DNA of 64,000 nt from an uncultured Acidobacteriota bacterium (GCA_902826685.1 CADEFT010000012.1:104979-168978); one strand, 5' to 3'; shown: positions 54,041 through 63,586, counted from the first letter of the stretch. Notes: generated by a model not told the origin, from the letters alone. Made by a program: numbers and translations.

Positions 54041-54988
54041 CTACGGCGCCGGCATTCCGATCCTTAACCCCCTCGCTAATTCATTGTAACAACCAAAGAC
54101 CAGCGCGAACCCGGCCGCCGGTAACGTCATCCACCAGTAGCTCTCCAGTACTTCGATCTGGCTGAGCGAGGCAAGCAGCGATCCCCAACTGGGAACGGAG
54201 CCGCCGAGGCCCAGGCCGAGAAACGACAGCGATGCCTCCGCCAACACATACTGCGGTATGGCGAGGCTCAGATAGGTAGCCAGCGTGGGAATCGTGGCGG
54301 GCGCGATGTGATGCCAGATCAGGTAGGAGTCCGGGGCGCCGAAACCGCGCGCAGCCAGGACGAACTCACGCTCCTTGGCGGAAAGAACGATCCCGCGCAC
54401 CAGCCGCGCCGGCCGCGCCCACCCGATCGCCCCAAGCAGGGCGAGCAGCGCCAGGAACAGCGTCCGCGGATCGGCGTTCAGGGGGAAAAAGGCGCGCATC
54501 GCCAACAGCAGATACATCCACGGAAGCGCCAGGAACAGCTCCGCCGCCCGCATCGTCAGACGATCGGCCCGGCCCCCATAGAATCCGGCGGCGAGTCCCA
54601 GTCCGGCCCCTAGGATCGCCGACAGCAGGGCGGCGGCGAGGCCCGAGAACAGCGACGTCCGGGCCCCATAAATCCAGCGCGAAAACTGGTCCCGGCCGAG
54701 ACCGTCGGTGCCCATCAGGAAGACCTTGCCGGGCTCGCCGGCGCCAAACAGCCGCCGCCCGTCGTGGCCGCGAGGAAAGAGCTTCACCGGATACCTGGTG
54801 AGCGCGCCGCCATCGTCCCGGCCGTAGGCGACCAGCCGCAGGCCCTCGATCCGCAGGGGCGTAGGCGGGGCCCACTGGTGTTGGCGATGTTGCCGCGTGG
54901 GATCATAGGGCGCAACGAAGCCGGCCATCGCCGCCAGGACATGAAGCACAAGCAAGGCAATCAGGCTGGCCCGCGCGGCAATTCTCAC
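54041..54988 (-). CDS. ABC transporter permease (DppC/OppC-like)
   Basis: 315 aa. Multiple TM helices. Motifs LMGTDGLGRDQFSRWIYGARTSL and the EAA-like loop VLSAKEREFVLAARGFGA. Confidence 0.85.
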   Translation of the reverse strand: MRIAARASLIALLVLHVLAAMAGFVAPYDPTRQHRQHQWAPPTPLRIEGLRLVAYGRDDGGALTRYPVKLFPRGHDGRRLFGAGEPGKVFLMGTDGLGRDQFSRWIYGARTSLFSGLAAALLSAILGAGLGLAAGFYGGRADRLTMRAAELFLALPWMYLLLAMRAFFPLNADPRTLFLALLALLGAIGWARPARLVRGIVLSAKEREFVLAARGFGAPDSYLIWHHIAPATIPTLATYLSLAIPQYVLAEASLSFLGLGLGGSVPSWGSLLASLSQIEVLESYWWMTLPAAGFALVFGCYNELARGLRIGMPAP

Positions 54989-55905
54989 GCCGCCTCCCGC
55001 CGGATGCGAGGATCGGCGGCGTAGAGCAGCAGATCGGCAACCAGATTCCCCACCAGCAGCAGAATCGCCGATAGCATGACCGCGGCCAGAACCACATGCA
55101 CGTCGCGGCCGAGTATGGCTTCGAGCAGCAAGGGGCCAAGACCAGGCCAGTTCAGTACGACTTCCACGATGAGCGTCGAACTCGTCATCGAGGCCAGCGA
55201 CAAGCCGAACAGCCCGATGAGAGGATTGGCGGCGGCCGGCAAGGCGTGCCCGAAGAGAATCCGCCGCGCCGGGATGCCATGCGCCCGCAGGTGGCCGATG
55301 AAAGGCGAACGCAGGATCTCATGGAGGCTGGTGCGCACGTGCCGGAAGACGGCCGGGAAAGAAACCATGGTCATCGCCGCGATGGCCAGCGGCAGACTCC
55401 CGCTCACCTCAATGAAGCCGGTGCGGACGGCGAACAACAGGCAGGCAAGGGCGACGAGAAGATCCGGGAGAGAGGCCAACAGGGACGCAAACGCGCTCAC
55501 CGGCCTGTCGATCCAGCCCCGCTCGCGCGCGGCCGACCACACACCCAGCGGTACCGCCAGAAGCCAGGTGAGCGCTAAAGAAAAACCGGCCAGGAGCAGC
55601 GTGTTGCCCACGCGCCTCCATAGAATCCGGGAGACGGGCATGTTGTAGGCGAACGACAGTCCCAGGTCGCCGCGAAGAGTCGAGCCCAGCCAGTGCACGT
55701 AGCGAGGGACCAGAGCGCGGTCCAGACCATATTGCTTGCGGAAAGCTTCAGCCGTTTCGGGAGGAATCTGGGGATTGACGCGCATCTCGTCAAGATAGTC
55801 GCCCGGCGCCAGTTCGAACATGGCGAAAGAGAGAATGGACACGCCGAACAGAAGCAGCGCTCCGTGCCACAGGCGGCCGAGCAGGAACGGGAGGGGCACG
55901 GTCAA
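54985..55905 (-). CDS. ABC transporter permease (DppB/OppB-like)
   Basis: 306 aa. Motifs LPFLLGRLWHGALLLFGVSILSFAMFELAPGD and YGLDRALVPRYVHWL. 4-nt overlaps with both neighbours. Confidence 0.85.
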   Translation of the reverse strand: MTVPLPFLLGRLWHGALLLFGVSILSFAMFELAPGDYLDEMRVNPQIPPETAEAFRKQYGLDRALVPRYVHWLGSTLRGDLGLSFAYNMPVSRILWRRVGNTLLLAGFSLALTWLLAVPLGVWSAARERGWIDRPVSAFASLLASLPDLLVALACLLFAVRTGFIEVSGSLPLAIAAMTMVSFPAVFRHVRTSLHEILRSPFIGHLRAHGIPARRILFGHALPAAANPLIGLFGLSLASMTSSTLIVEVVLNWPGLGPLLLEAILGRDVHVVLAAVMLSAILLLVGNLVADLLLYAADPRIRREAA

Positions 55906-56651
55906 TTCCCCCGATCGGGCAGCATCGCGGCCAGCAGCGCGAGGCTGGCCGGATGCCTGGCGCCACTCGAAAAATCCGCCCCGGGAGATTGCTCCACCAC
56001 GCGGCCATTCTCCAAAACGACGACTCGACCGGCGGCCTGGAGCGCGGCGGCCATGTCGTGTGTGACATAGACGAGGCCGAGCGCACGCTGCCGTTGGATC
56101 CGGCCGAGCAGCGAGGTGATCCGTTGCTGGTTCGCCGGGTCGAGGCCCGTCAGCGGTTCGTCGAGAATCAACACCTGAACGCCGGGTACGGCAAGCGCTC
56201 TGGCGATGGCGACGCGCTGCCGCTGGCCGCCGCTCAGTTGGTCCGGCCGCCGGTCAAGCAAGTCCGTATCCAGCCCGGCGTCGTCCATGATCTGGCGCAC
56301 GCGGCCGGTGAGCGCCGCTCCCGTTACCCCTCGCAATCGAAGAGGCTCGCCGATGAGATCGAGTACCGTCCATCGCGGGTTGAGCGCGGTTGGGGAATCC
56401 TGAAACACGAGTTGGACGCCCGGCACTGCCCACAACTCCCCCTCAGTCAACGGCTCGAGACCCGCCAGGCAGCGGGCGAGTGTGCTCTTCCCCGCGCCCG
56501 AACGGCCCACGATGGCGACGGTTTCCCCGGCGCGGATCTCGAAATCGACAGGACCGAGCGCCCGGTACGATGTGGTCCGGCCGAAGCCGGCACGGACGTC
56601 CTGGTAGACTTTCCCCGCGCCAGCGGCCTTCAACAGCACCGGTTCCATCAA
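55902..56651 (-). CDS. ABC transporter ATP-binding protein (DppF-like, short form)
   Basis: 249 aa. Walker A GRSGAGKST, signature LSGGQRQRVAIARAL, Walker B VLILDEP. Confidence 0.9.
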   Translation of the reverse strand: MMEPVLLKAAGAGKVYQDVRAGFGRTTSYRALGPVDFEIRAGETVAIVGRSGAGKSTLARCLAGLEPLTEGELWAVPGVQLVFQDSPTALNPRWTVLDLIGEPLRLRGVTGAALTGRVRQIMDDAGLDTDLLDRRPDQLSGGQRQRVAIARALAVPGVQVLILDEPLTGLDPANQQRITSLLGRIQRQRALGLVYVTHDMAAALQAAGRVVVLENGRVVEQSPGADFSSGARHPASLALLAAMLPDRGN

Positions 56652-57364
56652 TCGATCAACCTCCCGTCGCGCAGTTCCAGGACGCGTCCGGTCAGAAAGG
56701 ACAGGGCGGCACGATTGTGGCTGAAAAGGAGAATCGACGTGCCTGTCCGTTCCCGCAGTTGCCGCAGGAGTTGGAGTATTTCGTACTGAGTGACCGAGTC
56801 CAAAGTGGAGGTGGGTTCATCGGCGATCAACAGTTTCGGCGAGCAGCAGATCGCCTGGGCGATCACGGCGCGCTGGCGCTGACCGCCGCTCAGTTGATGG
56901 GGATAGGACCGCGCCACCCGCTCCGCCTCGCGGCCGAACAGATCATGAAGGGAAGCTCTCGCGGCTCGCCTCGCCTCGCTCCAGGTATGGGTCCGATGGG
57001 CATACAGGACCTCGGCGACCTGGACCTCGACGGTCCGAACGGGATTCAAGGCCACGGACGGTTCCTGGGGAACCATTCCGATCCGCGCTCCGCGAATCTT
57101 TCGACGCTGGGCCTCCGGTGCTTGAAAGAAGTCCTGGCCCTCGAACAGCATCGTTCCAGTAGTTTCGGTTTGCGCCGGCGGAAGAAGCCGCAAAAGGGCG
57201 CGGGCGAGCGTCGTCTTCCCTCCGCCCGATGGGCCGAAGACACCGACGGCTTCGCCTTCCTGCAGCGTGAGCTGCAACCGTTCGAGCACGGGCGTGCGCC
57301 CGGTCCCCTGCAACCGGTACGCCACGCACAGTTGGTTCACTTCGAGCAGGCAGGAGGAGCCCAT
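56648..57364 (-). CDS. ABC transporter ATP-binding protein (DppD-like, short form)
   Basis: 238 aa. Walker A GPSGGGKTT, signature LSGGQRQRAVIAQAI, Walker B LLIADEPTS. Confidence 0.9.
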   Translation of the reverse strand: MGSSCLLEVNQLCVAYRLQGTGRTPVLERLQLTLQEGEAVGVFGPSGGGKTTLARALLRLLPPAQTETTGTMLFEGQDFFQAPEAQRRKIRGARIGMVPQEPSVALNPVRTVEVQVAEVLYAHRTHTWSEARRAARASLHDLFGREAERVARSYPHQLSGGQRQRAVIAQAICCSPKLLIADEPTSTLDSVTQYEILQLLRQLRERTGTSILLFSHNRAALSFLTGRVLELRDGRLID

Positions 57365-57427
57365 AGGCCGAAGGCCTTCATATTACCGTGGAAGGCACAT
57401 CGGCCCGGTTGCCCGGCGGAACGGCCG

Positions 57428-59737
57428 CTACTCGGCGACCCGCAGCAGGACCGTATTGCTGTCGCGTCCATTGACGCGCACCCGCACCGCGACACTGCCG
57501 TTCGACACCTCAATATCTTCCGGCACGCGGAAGCGCACGATGGCCGAGCCTGCCTTACCGCTCTGCGCGCCGGCCCACTCCAGTTCCAGGCGGCGGTCGC
57601 CCGCGAACAACTCAAGCGAATCGACGAGGTTGTACGGCGTTCCCATCGGCACGGCGAAGCCATCGAGAACCGGCTTGTCGAAAGGCCCGAAGCCGGTGCC
57701 ATACAGAGTGACGCGTTCGCCGCGCGCGGCGGGCGAATCGGCGCCGATCTCCGAACCGTTCTCATGCGCCGCCGTGGCGTAGGAGAGCGTATCGGACTTG
57801 GTGTGATAGAGGCCGGGCGCGTTGCGGCTGACGTTCAACTGCAGACGCATCTCGTTGTTGATGCCGGACCGCACATAGATCCAATGCTGCCCGTCGGTCA
57901 GATCGGAAGGAACGAAGAACTGAACCTGGCCCGGCGTGACCGACACCAGCGGCAGAAGCCTGTCGTTCAGGCGAACGATCAACCCGCCGAGGGTCTGCGC
58001 CAGAGGATTGCCGGGACCGGTGACCGTTTCCGCCGACAGGTTCACGCCGGTGATCAGCGCGATCGAACCCGGAGCCACCAGCGGCTCGGCCTGGTCCTCG
58101 GCCGCGGCGGCGTTGCGTACGTTGTTCTCATCGGCCCACGGCACCGTTTCAAGCAGCGCGCGAACGGCGCGCGGCGCGGACATTTCCAGACGGCCGCTGC
58201 GGAACGTGCCGCTGAGGTCTCCATCCCAACGGCGGAACCGGTAGCCGGGCTTGGTTTCGGCGGTGATGGCGACGCTCGTGTTGGCGTCGAAGAAGCCGTC
58301 GCCGGTATCGGGATCGGTGCGGAAGTTGGCGCCGGGTTGAGGATCGGAGCTGGCCTCCAGCCGGTACAGATTCTTATAGGCGGCCACCAGCGTGGTGGTG
58401 GGTTCGTTCCCGAAGGTGAACGTGCGCGCCTGCGCCCCGTTGTCGGACCATCGCATGAACTCCATGCGGCTGGTGCCGGAAACGGAAATCGACGGTGGCG
58501 CGCCGATCTCGATGCGCGTTCCCGCGGGCTTGTCGAAGGTGCACGCGCCACGGCATTCCTGACCGTCGATCAACACCGGAAGTCCGGGGGGCAATGTCTC
58601 CACCGAGAGTCTGCTGAGCGCTTCATAGGTGGCCACCAGGCGGTATCCCGTTTCGACGTGCTGATCGAGGATGGCGACTTCCTGAGCCGCCGCACCGCCG
58701 TTGGACCAGCCCTTGAACACAAAGCGCCTTCCGCGCGAATCGGTCTGCTCGGCGGGGGCGCTCACCTGATACTTCATGCCCACGCCCCAGACGAAGTTAT
58801 AGGCCGGCCAGTTTTCCCGCCCTTCCACGCGCAGCTTCAGGCCAACGGGTTCGGTGACGAAACTGGCTGTCACGCCACGCACGTATTTAGCCGTCAGGGT
58901 TTCTGCCACGTTGGAGTTCTTGACCTGGTAGATTTCGTTCAATTTCGCGCCATTCGACCAGTGCGAGAACACCCACGTGCGGCTGGAATTGTCTTTCTCC
59001 ACCTGCGGAGAAACGGCGCCCAGGGTGTGGCGCGTTCCTTCGCCCCAATCCATCTCGGCCGGTGAGCGCGTGGGCGTTCCGTCCGGCGCCACAAGCAATC
59101 CCGCCGGATCGGTATTCAGATTCACGCGTTTGGCGGCCGCGAAAATGCTCGAAAAAGTCAGTGGCACCTTGGCCACGATGGTCAGCGACGGGCCGGTGGC
59201 GTAATTGGCCGTGGGACCCCAGCCGGCAAAGACAAAGCCCGCGTTGGGCGAGGCGAACAATCTCACCGTGCTCTCAGGCGTTACCCACTCTTCAATATCG
59301 GTGGTGGATTGCTTGTTGTTGACCAGCACATATCCCGGCGGCTTGCAGATATCGGGGGCCGAAGCGTCGCATTTGTTGAACAACACGCGTACGAGCAATT
59401 CGGCATTGAATTGCGCCCGCACCGCGGTCACCGTGGGATCGGCGGTGATCACCATCGACTCAGTGGTAAAGCTGAACGTGTTGCCAGGATCGCTCCAACC
59501 GGTGAATTTGTAGCGTTGCCCTTCGAACGGGAACTGCTCCGGATCTACCGAAAGCGTGTGTTTGCTGCCGGCCGGCCAGATAAAGGCCTGATTGCCGCGG
59601 TAAGGCTGCCCGTCGACGAAAAACCGTAAGCCGGTTGGTTCCGTGTAAACCCGCGTCGTGGACAAACGCTCCTGCGCCGCCGCCTCGTTCGACAAGGCCG
59701 CCACCGTCCAGAGCGCAAACACAAGGTGCCTGCTCAT
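57428..59737 (-). CDS. Secreted repeat protein: about six divergent InlB-B-type repeats + TIGR03437-like (Solibacter-type) C-terminal domain
   Basis: 769 aa. Signal peptide MSRHLVFALWTVAALSNEAAA. Recurrent F-x-G/R-W-S motifs: YKFTGWSD, FVFAGWGP, WVFSHWSNG, FVFKGWSNG, MEFMRWSDN, YRFRRWDGD. C-terminus: APGLY...GERVTLYGTGFGP...AGAQSGKAGSAIVRFRVP...VRVNGRDSNTVLLRV. Confidence 0.75.
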   Translation of the reverse strand: MSRHLVFALWTVAALSNEAAAQERLSTTRVYTEPTGLRFFVDGQPYRGNQAFIWPAGSKHTLSVDPEQFPFEGQRYKFTGWSDPGNTFSFTTESMVITADPTVTAVRAQFNAELLVRVLFNKCDASAPDICKPPGYVLVNNKQSTTDIEEWVTPESTVRLFASPNAGFVFAGWGPTANYATGPSLTIVAKVPLTFSSIFAAAKRVNLNTDPAGLLVAPDGTPTRSPAEMDWGEGTRHTLGAVSPQVEKDNSSRTWVFSHWSNGAKLNEIYQVKNSNVAETLTAKYVRGVTASFVTEPVGLKLRVEGRENWPAYNFVWGVGMKYQVSAPAEQTDSRGRRFVFKGWSNGGAAAQEVAILDQHVETGYRLVATYEALSRLSVETLPPGLPVLIDGQECRGACTFDKPAGTRIEIGAPPSISVSGTSRMEFMRWSDNGAQARTFTFGNEPTTTLVAAYKNLYRLEASSDPQPGANFRTDPDTGDGFFDANTSVAITAETKPGYRFRRWDGDLSGTFRSGRLEMSAPRAVRALLETVPWADENNVRNAAAAEDQAEPLVAPGSIALITGVNLSAETVTGPGNPLAQTLGGLIVRLNDRLLPLVSVTPGQVQFFVPSDLTDGQHWIYVRSGINNEMRLQLNVSRNAPGLYHTKSDTLSYATAAHENGSEIGADSPAARGERVTLYGTGFGPFDKPVLDGFAVPMGTPYNLVDSLELFAGDRRLELEWAGAQSGKAGSAIVRFRVPEDIEVSNGSVAVRVRVNGRDSNTVLLRVAE

Positions 59738-59829
59738 GCCTGTACCATCGGCAAGGCGGAATGCAACCTTTAGCTCGCGTACTGGGGGATAGATCGAGCG
59801 GTCTATTGCGCGCGTCTACACTGTAGGGC

Positions 59830-61134
59830 ATGGCTGTCCCATTGTTCCTGCTGCTCGCAATCGCGGCCCGCGGCGCCGACTGGCCGCAATTTCGCGGACC
59901 TTCAGCCTCCGGAGCCGGCACCGGAACGCCTCCGGTGGAATGGAACGGCGAGAAGCGCCAAAACATCCTGTGGAAGACGCCGCTTCCCGGATTGGGGCAT
60001 TCGAGCCCCATCCTGTGGGGCGACCGTATCTTTCTCACCAGCGCCGTGCCGGCCAGCGGCAAGTCCGGCTTGAAGCTGGGACTCTATGGCGATATCGCGC
60101 CGGTGGAAGGCGAGAGCGCTCAAAGCTTCAACATCTATTGTCTCGATCGCAAATCCGGCCGGATTCTGTGGCAGAAGACGGCGTTTTCCGGCCAACCGAA
60201 AGTCAAGCGCCATCCCAAGGCGACCCACGCCAACGCCACTCCGGCGACCGATGGCAAGCACCTGGTGGTCTCGTTCGGATCGGAGGGACTTTATGCCTAC
60301 ACGCTCGATGGCAAACTGCTGTGGAAACAGGATCTGGGCGTGCTCGACGCCGGTTACTTCCGCGCACCCGAGGCGCAATGGGGATTTTCGAGCTCCCCTA
60401 TCCTCCACGACGGCATGGCGATCGTGCAGGCGGACGTGCAGAAAGATTCTTTTCTCGCCGCCTTCGATGTCCGCACCGGTAAACAGATCTGGCGTACGCG
60501 GCGCGAAGACGTGCCGACGTTTGGCAGCCCGGCGGCGGTGCCGCGCGGCGACGGCTGGCAGATCGTGGTCAACGGGTGGAAACATATCGGCGGCTACGAC
60601 GCCAAAACCGGCGCGCCGCTGTGGAACCTGAAAGGCGGCGGCGACATTCCGGTGCCCACTCCCGTTTACGCCGGCGGACTGATTCTGATCACCAACGCCC
60701 ATGGAGACGGACGGCCGATCTTCGCCATCCGGCCCGATGCCAAGGGCGACATCACCGGCAGCGCCGAAGCCATCGCGTGGTCCCATCCACGGGCGGGCAA
60801 CTACATGCAGACGCCGCTGATCTCCGGCGGACTCGCCTACTTCTGTTACGACAACGGCGTGCTGTCCGTCTATCAATTGAAGACCGGCGAGCGCCTATAC
60901 CAGCAACGCCTGGGCGGCGGCTCCACCGGCTTCACCAGTTCGCCGGTGGCGGCCGGCGGCAGACTCTATATCACCAACGAAGACGGCCGCACGTACGTGC
61001 TGGCGCAGGGCGGCGTGTATAAAGAGGAAGCCGGGAACGAACTGGGAGAAACGGTGATGGCGAGTCCCGCCGTCGCCGACGGCGTAATCTATCTGCGCGG
61101 CCGTTCCCACTTGTTCGCCATCGGCGCCAGGTGA
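59830..61134 (+). CDS. PQQ-like (BamB-like) beta-propeller repeat protein, secreted
   Basis: 434 aa. Signal peptide. Motifs DWPQFRGP, ILWKTPLPGLGHSSPILWGDRIFLTS, RILWQK, KLLWKQD, KQIWRT and APLWNL, typical of PQQ_2-type propellers. Confidence 0.8.
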   Translation: MAVPLFLLLAIAARGADWPQFRGPSASGAGTGTPPVEWNGEKRQNILWKTPLPGLGHSSPILWGDRIFLTSAVPASGKSGLKLGLYGDIAPVEGESAQSFNIYCLDRKSGRILWQKTAFSGQPKVKRHPKATHANATPATDGKHLVVSFGSEGLYAYTLDGKLLWKQDLGVLDAGYFRAPEAQWGFSSSPILHDGMAIVQADVQKDSFLAAFDVRTGKQIWRTRREDVPTFGSPAAVPRGDGWQIVVNGWKHIGGYDAKTGAPLWNLKGGGDIPVPTPVYAGGLILITNAHGDGRPIFAIRPDAKGDITGSAEAIAWSHPRAGNYMQTPLISGGLAYFCYDNGVLSVYQLKTGERLYQQRLGGGSTGFTSSPVAAGGRLYITNEDGRTYVLAQGGVYKEEAGNELGETVMASPAVADGVIYLRGRSHLFAIGAR

Positions 61135-61135
61135 A

Positions 61136-62098
61136 TCAGCCGGGGAAATCGAACTCGGCGATCACGGGAGCGTGGTCGGACTCGGGAAACTTCGTATCGA
61201 GCGCGAACGCGATCGACTCATCGTGCAGGATCTCGTTGTGGATTTCGGTGTTGCGGTAGTTGGCGAGCATGGGGCGCGAAAGCAGCAGATGATCGAGCAT
61301 CGTCGGGCGGCCCTGATGATAGAGGCTGAAGCGGGCGGGTTCGGGAACCGTGCGCTCGCAGGGAATCATCACGCGGTGAGCCAGACCTCCGTTGCCGGTA
61401 TCTTCGACATCGCCGCGTAGCGCCTGCACCGGCACGTCGTCGAGATCGGCATTCAGGTCGCCGCAGACGATGATGCGGGCCTCGGGATCGGCGTCGAACA
61501 GCGTATCGAGGAATAGCCGTACTTCGAGCGCCTGGCCTACGCGCTTCAGCGAGGAAACGAAAAAACCTTCGGCGTAAGCGGCCACCGAGCGCCACGTATT
61601 GGCATTGATCTGCTGGCCGGCAATCGACGTGGGAATCCGCGACTTCAAGTGCAGGTTGATTACGTGCAGCGGCCCGAACGGCGCGTTGACGACGGCATAG
61701 AGCGCCGGCCGCTCCCACTGGATGTCCTTGGCATCGGGTTCGGGGGGAAGCGACGTTACCTTTTTATACTGAGGCGCCGCCGCGAACTCATGCTTGAACT
61801 GCCGGGAGGAGGCGATGGGAAACTGGCTGAGGATCACCAGGTTCCGCTCGCGGGAAATGTCGCCATCGGATTCGCGCGTCACCGCCACGTCGTAGTTCTG
61901 ATAGCGTGTGCCCTCGATCAGCGCCCGCAAGGCGTGCAGATCGGCGGGCGAACCCTGTCCGTTCACCTCCTGCAGACACAACACGTCGGCCGAAACGCGC
62001 TGCAGCATGGGGCGCATCACCGCAATGCGGGTGGCAAGCGATGGGACCGCGACGTCGTCCCAATTTTCGAGATTGAAGGTGGCAATGCGAAACTTCAT
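61136..62098 (-). CDS. Endonuclease/exonuclease/phosphatase (EEP) family protein
   Basis: Start at MKFRIATFNLENW (62098); its ATG overlaps the GntR TGA. Motifs DVLCLQEV, IVCGDLNAD and SDHAPVIAEF. Confidence 0.85.
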   Translation of the reverse strand: MKFRIATFNLENWDDVAVPSLATRIAVMRPMLQRVSADVLCLQEVNGQGSPADLHALRALIEGTRYQNYDVAVTRESDGDISRERNLVILSQFPIASSRQFKHEFAAAPQYKKVTSLPPEPDAKDIQWERPALYAVVNAPFGPLHVINLHLKSRIPTSIAGQQINANTWRSVAAYAEGFFVSSLKRVGQALEVRLFLDTLFDADPEARIIVCGDLNADLDDVPVQALRGDVEDTGNGGLAHRVMIPCERTVPEPARFSLYHQGRPTMLDHLLLSRPMLANYRNTEIHNEILHDESIAFALDTKFPESDHAPVIAEFDFPG

Positions 62099-62823
62099 GA
62101 TTTGCGCTTTCTGGACTTGAGAAGCCGCCACCCGTTACTGGCCCGCGGCTCCACCAGATCGGTGACGTTATTGGCGCCGAACTTGACGTGTTCGCGCATG
62201 GTGAGATCGGCTTTGAGAGGATCGCCCGCGCATAGCACCGCAGCCAGATGCGCATGGAAGCCGGACGGCAGGGCGGTGCGGTTCACCACCGTGTCGAACA
62301 GCCAATTGAACACCAGCACCTGCTCGCGCTCGATGGCTTCCTTGAGAAGATTGCAGCCGGTGGATTCGGCGATGAACAGATGAAACCGGGTGTGGTAGGT
62401 GCGCACGGAAAACAGGAAGTCCATCTCCATCGCCCCTTCGGCGCAGCAGGCGTACAACTGGTCCAGACGCTTGCCCATGGTCTCGAGTTCGGCGCGCTGG
62501 GCATCGGTGGCGTGCTCGGCGAACAGGCGCGCCGTCTGCGATTCCAGGGCTTCGCGCAACAGGTAGCGTTCAAGAATGTCCTGCTTGCTGGGCACGCGCA
62601 CGCGAGTGCCGACGCGGGGCTTGCTTTCCACCAGCCCGTCGCGCTCCAGCCGCTGCAGCGCCTCCGACACCGGCAGGAAGCTCATGCCGAAATCCTCGGC
62701 CAGTTTGCGGCGCGGCAGGGCCGCTCCCAGTGGATAGTCTCCTCTCAGAATCCTGTCGCGAATCTGTTCATAGGCGCGCTCGGCCAACGTGGCCGCCGCA
62801 TTCACCGCTCGAAGAGTTGCCAT
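62095..62823 (-). CDS. GntR-family transcriptional regulator (FadR/FCD subfamily)
   Basis: 242 aa. wHTH: YEQIRDRILRGDYPLGAALPRRKLAEDFGMSFLPVSEALQRLERDGLV. Helical FCD-like C-terminal domain. Confidence 0.9.
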   Translation of the reverse strand: MATLRAVNAAATLAERAYEQIRDRILRGDYPLGAALPRRKLAEDFGMSFLPVSEALQRLERDGLVESKPRVGTRVRVPSKQDILERYLLREALESQTARLFAEHATDAQRAELETMGKRLDQLYACCAEGAMEMDFLFSVRTYHTRFHLFIAESTGCNLLKEAIEREQVLVFNWLFDTVVNRTALPSGFHAHLAAVLCAGDPLKADLTMREHVKFGANNVTDLVEPRASNGWRLLKSRKRKS

Positions 62824-62845
62824 GGGACCGCCCCTAGGATATCAG

Positions 62846-63586
62846 TCAGCGGTTGAGCAGGAGATGGAGGGTGCCGGGCGACGCTCCCTGCTCGAGAACG
62901 CGGAATCCCGCCTCCTGCGCGCTCGCCGTCCACCAGGCCGCGCCGCGCGTGCCGCCGTGGGTGAGCATGGGCCCGAAAGCGAACTTCATCCAGCCATCGT
63001 TGCCTACCAGCATCAGCAGAAAATCGCCGCCGGGCTTCAGCACACGATGCGCTTCGGCTAAGGACTGCCGCGCGCCTTCGCGGCCCACGTGATCCATGGC
63101 ATATGCGCTCACGATGGCGTCGAAACTTTCGGGTGCATAGGGCAGCTTGCGCATGTCGGCCGTTTCGATGGTGGCGCGCCCGGCCACCCCCGCGGCTTCG
63201 AGATTCGCTTTCAGGCGCGCCTGCGGACTTCCTTCATGGCCGAAGTGGCGGTCGAAGGAATCGCCGAACAGATCGCTCGCCACCAGCGTCGCCTGGGGAC
63301 GCGCCCTCAGCACCATGATGGCCGAACGTCCGGTCCCCGCGCCGATATCGAGCACCCGCCCCGTACCCGAGCGCAGGAAGCCTGCCGACGGCAGCACCGG
63401 CACCGACGTGGCGCGCAAGGACTGCATGATCGCCAGCGACACCGCCGACCATATCGTCAAGACTCCCGCCAGCGCCAGCACCCAGCGCGGCCACTTTCGC
63501 TTCCAGGCCAGGATCAAGAGCGCCAGGGCGGGTATCAACACCACCGCATGGCCATAGGTCAACCACCACGGGTATCCGAAATCCAT
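62846..63586 (-). CDS. Class I SAM-dependent methyltransferase with two N-terminal TM helices
   Basis: 246 aa. TM helices VVLIPALALLILAW and WVLALAGVLTIWSAVSLAIM. SAM motif I VLDIGAGTGRS. Post-I LVASD. Motif VLKPGGDFLL. Confidence 0.85.
   Translation of the reverse strand: MDFGYPWWLTYGHAVVLIPALALLILAWKRKWPRWVLALAGVLTIWSAVSLAIMQSLRATSVPVLPSAGFLRSGTGRVLDIGAGTGRSAIMVLRARPQATLVASDLFGDSFDRHFGHEGSPQARLKANLEAAGVAGRATIETADMRKLPYAPESFDAIVSAYAMDHVGREGARQSLAEAHRVLKPGGDFLLMLVGNDGWMKFAFGPMLTHGGTRGAAWWTASAQEAGFRVLEQGASPGTLHLLLNR

Noticed and set aside
57365-57427. Small hairpin AGGCC-TTC-GGCCT directly before the first ABC ATPase ATG as a riboswitch or regulatory element
   Set aside because: A 5-bp stem with a 3-nt loop is too small and unspecific. 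It was noted only as a possible RBS-occluding structure.
56390-59065. 891-aa plus-strand ORF spanning the ABC ATPase genes and the InlB-repeat gene
   Set aside because: It is antisense to three well-supported minus-strand genes (Walker A/B and signature motifs). Its composition is low-complexity and R/G/P-rich.
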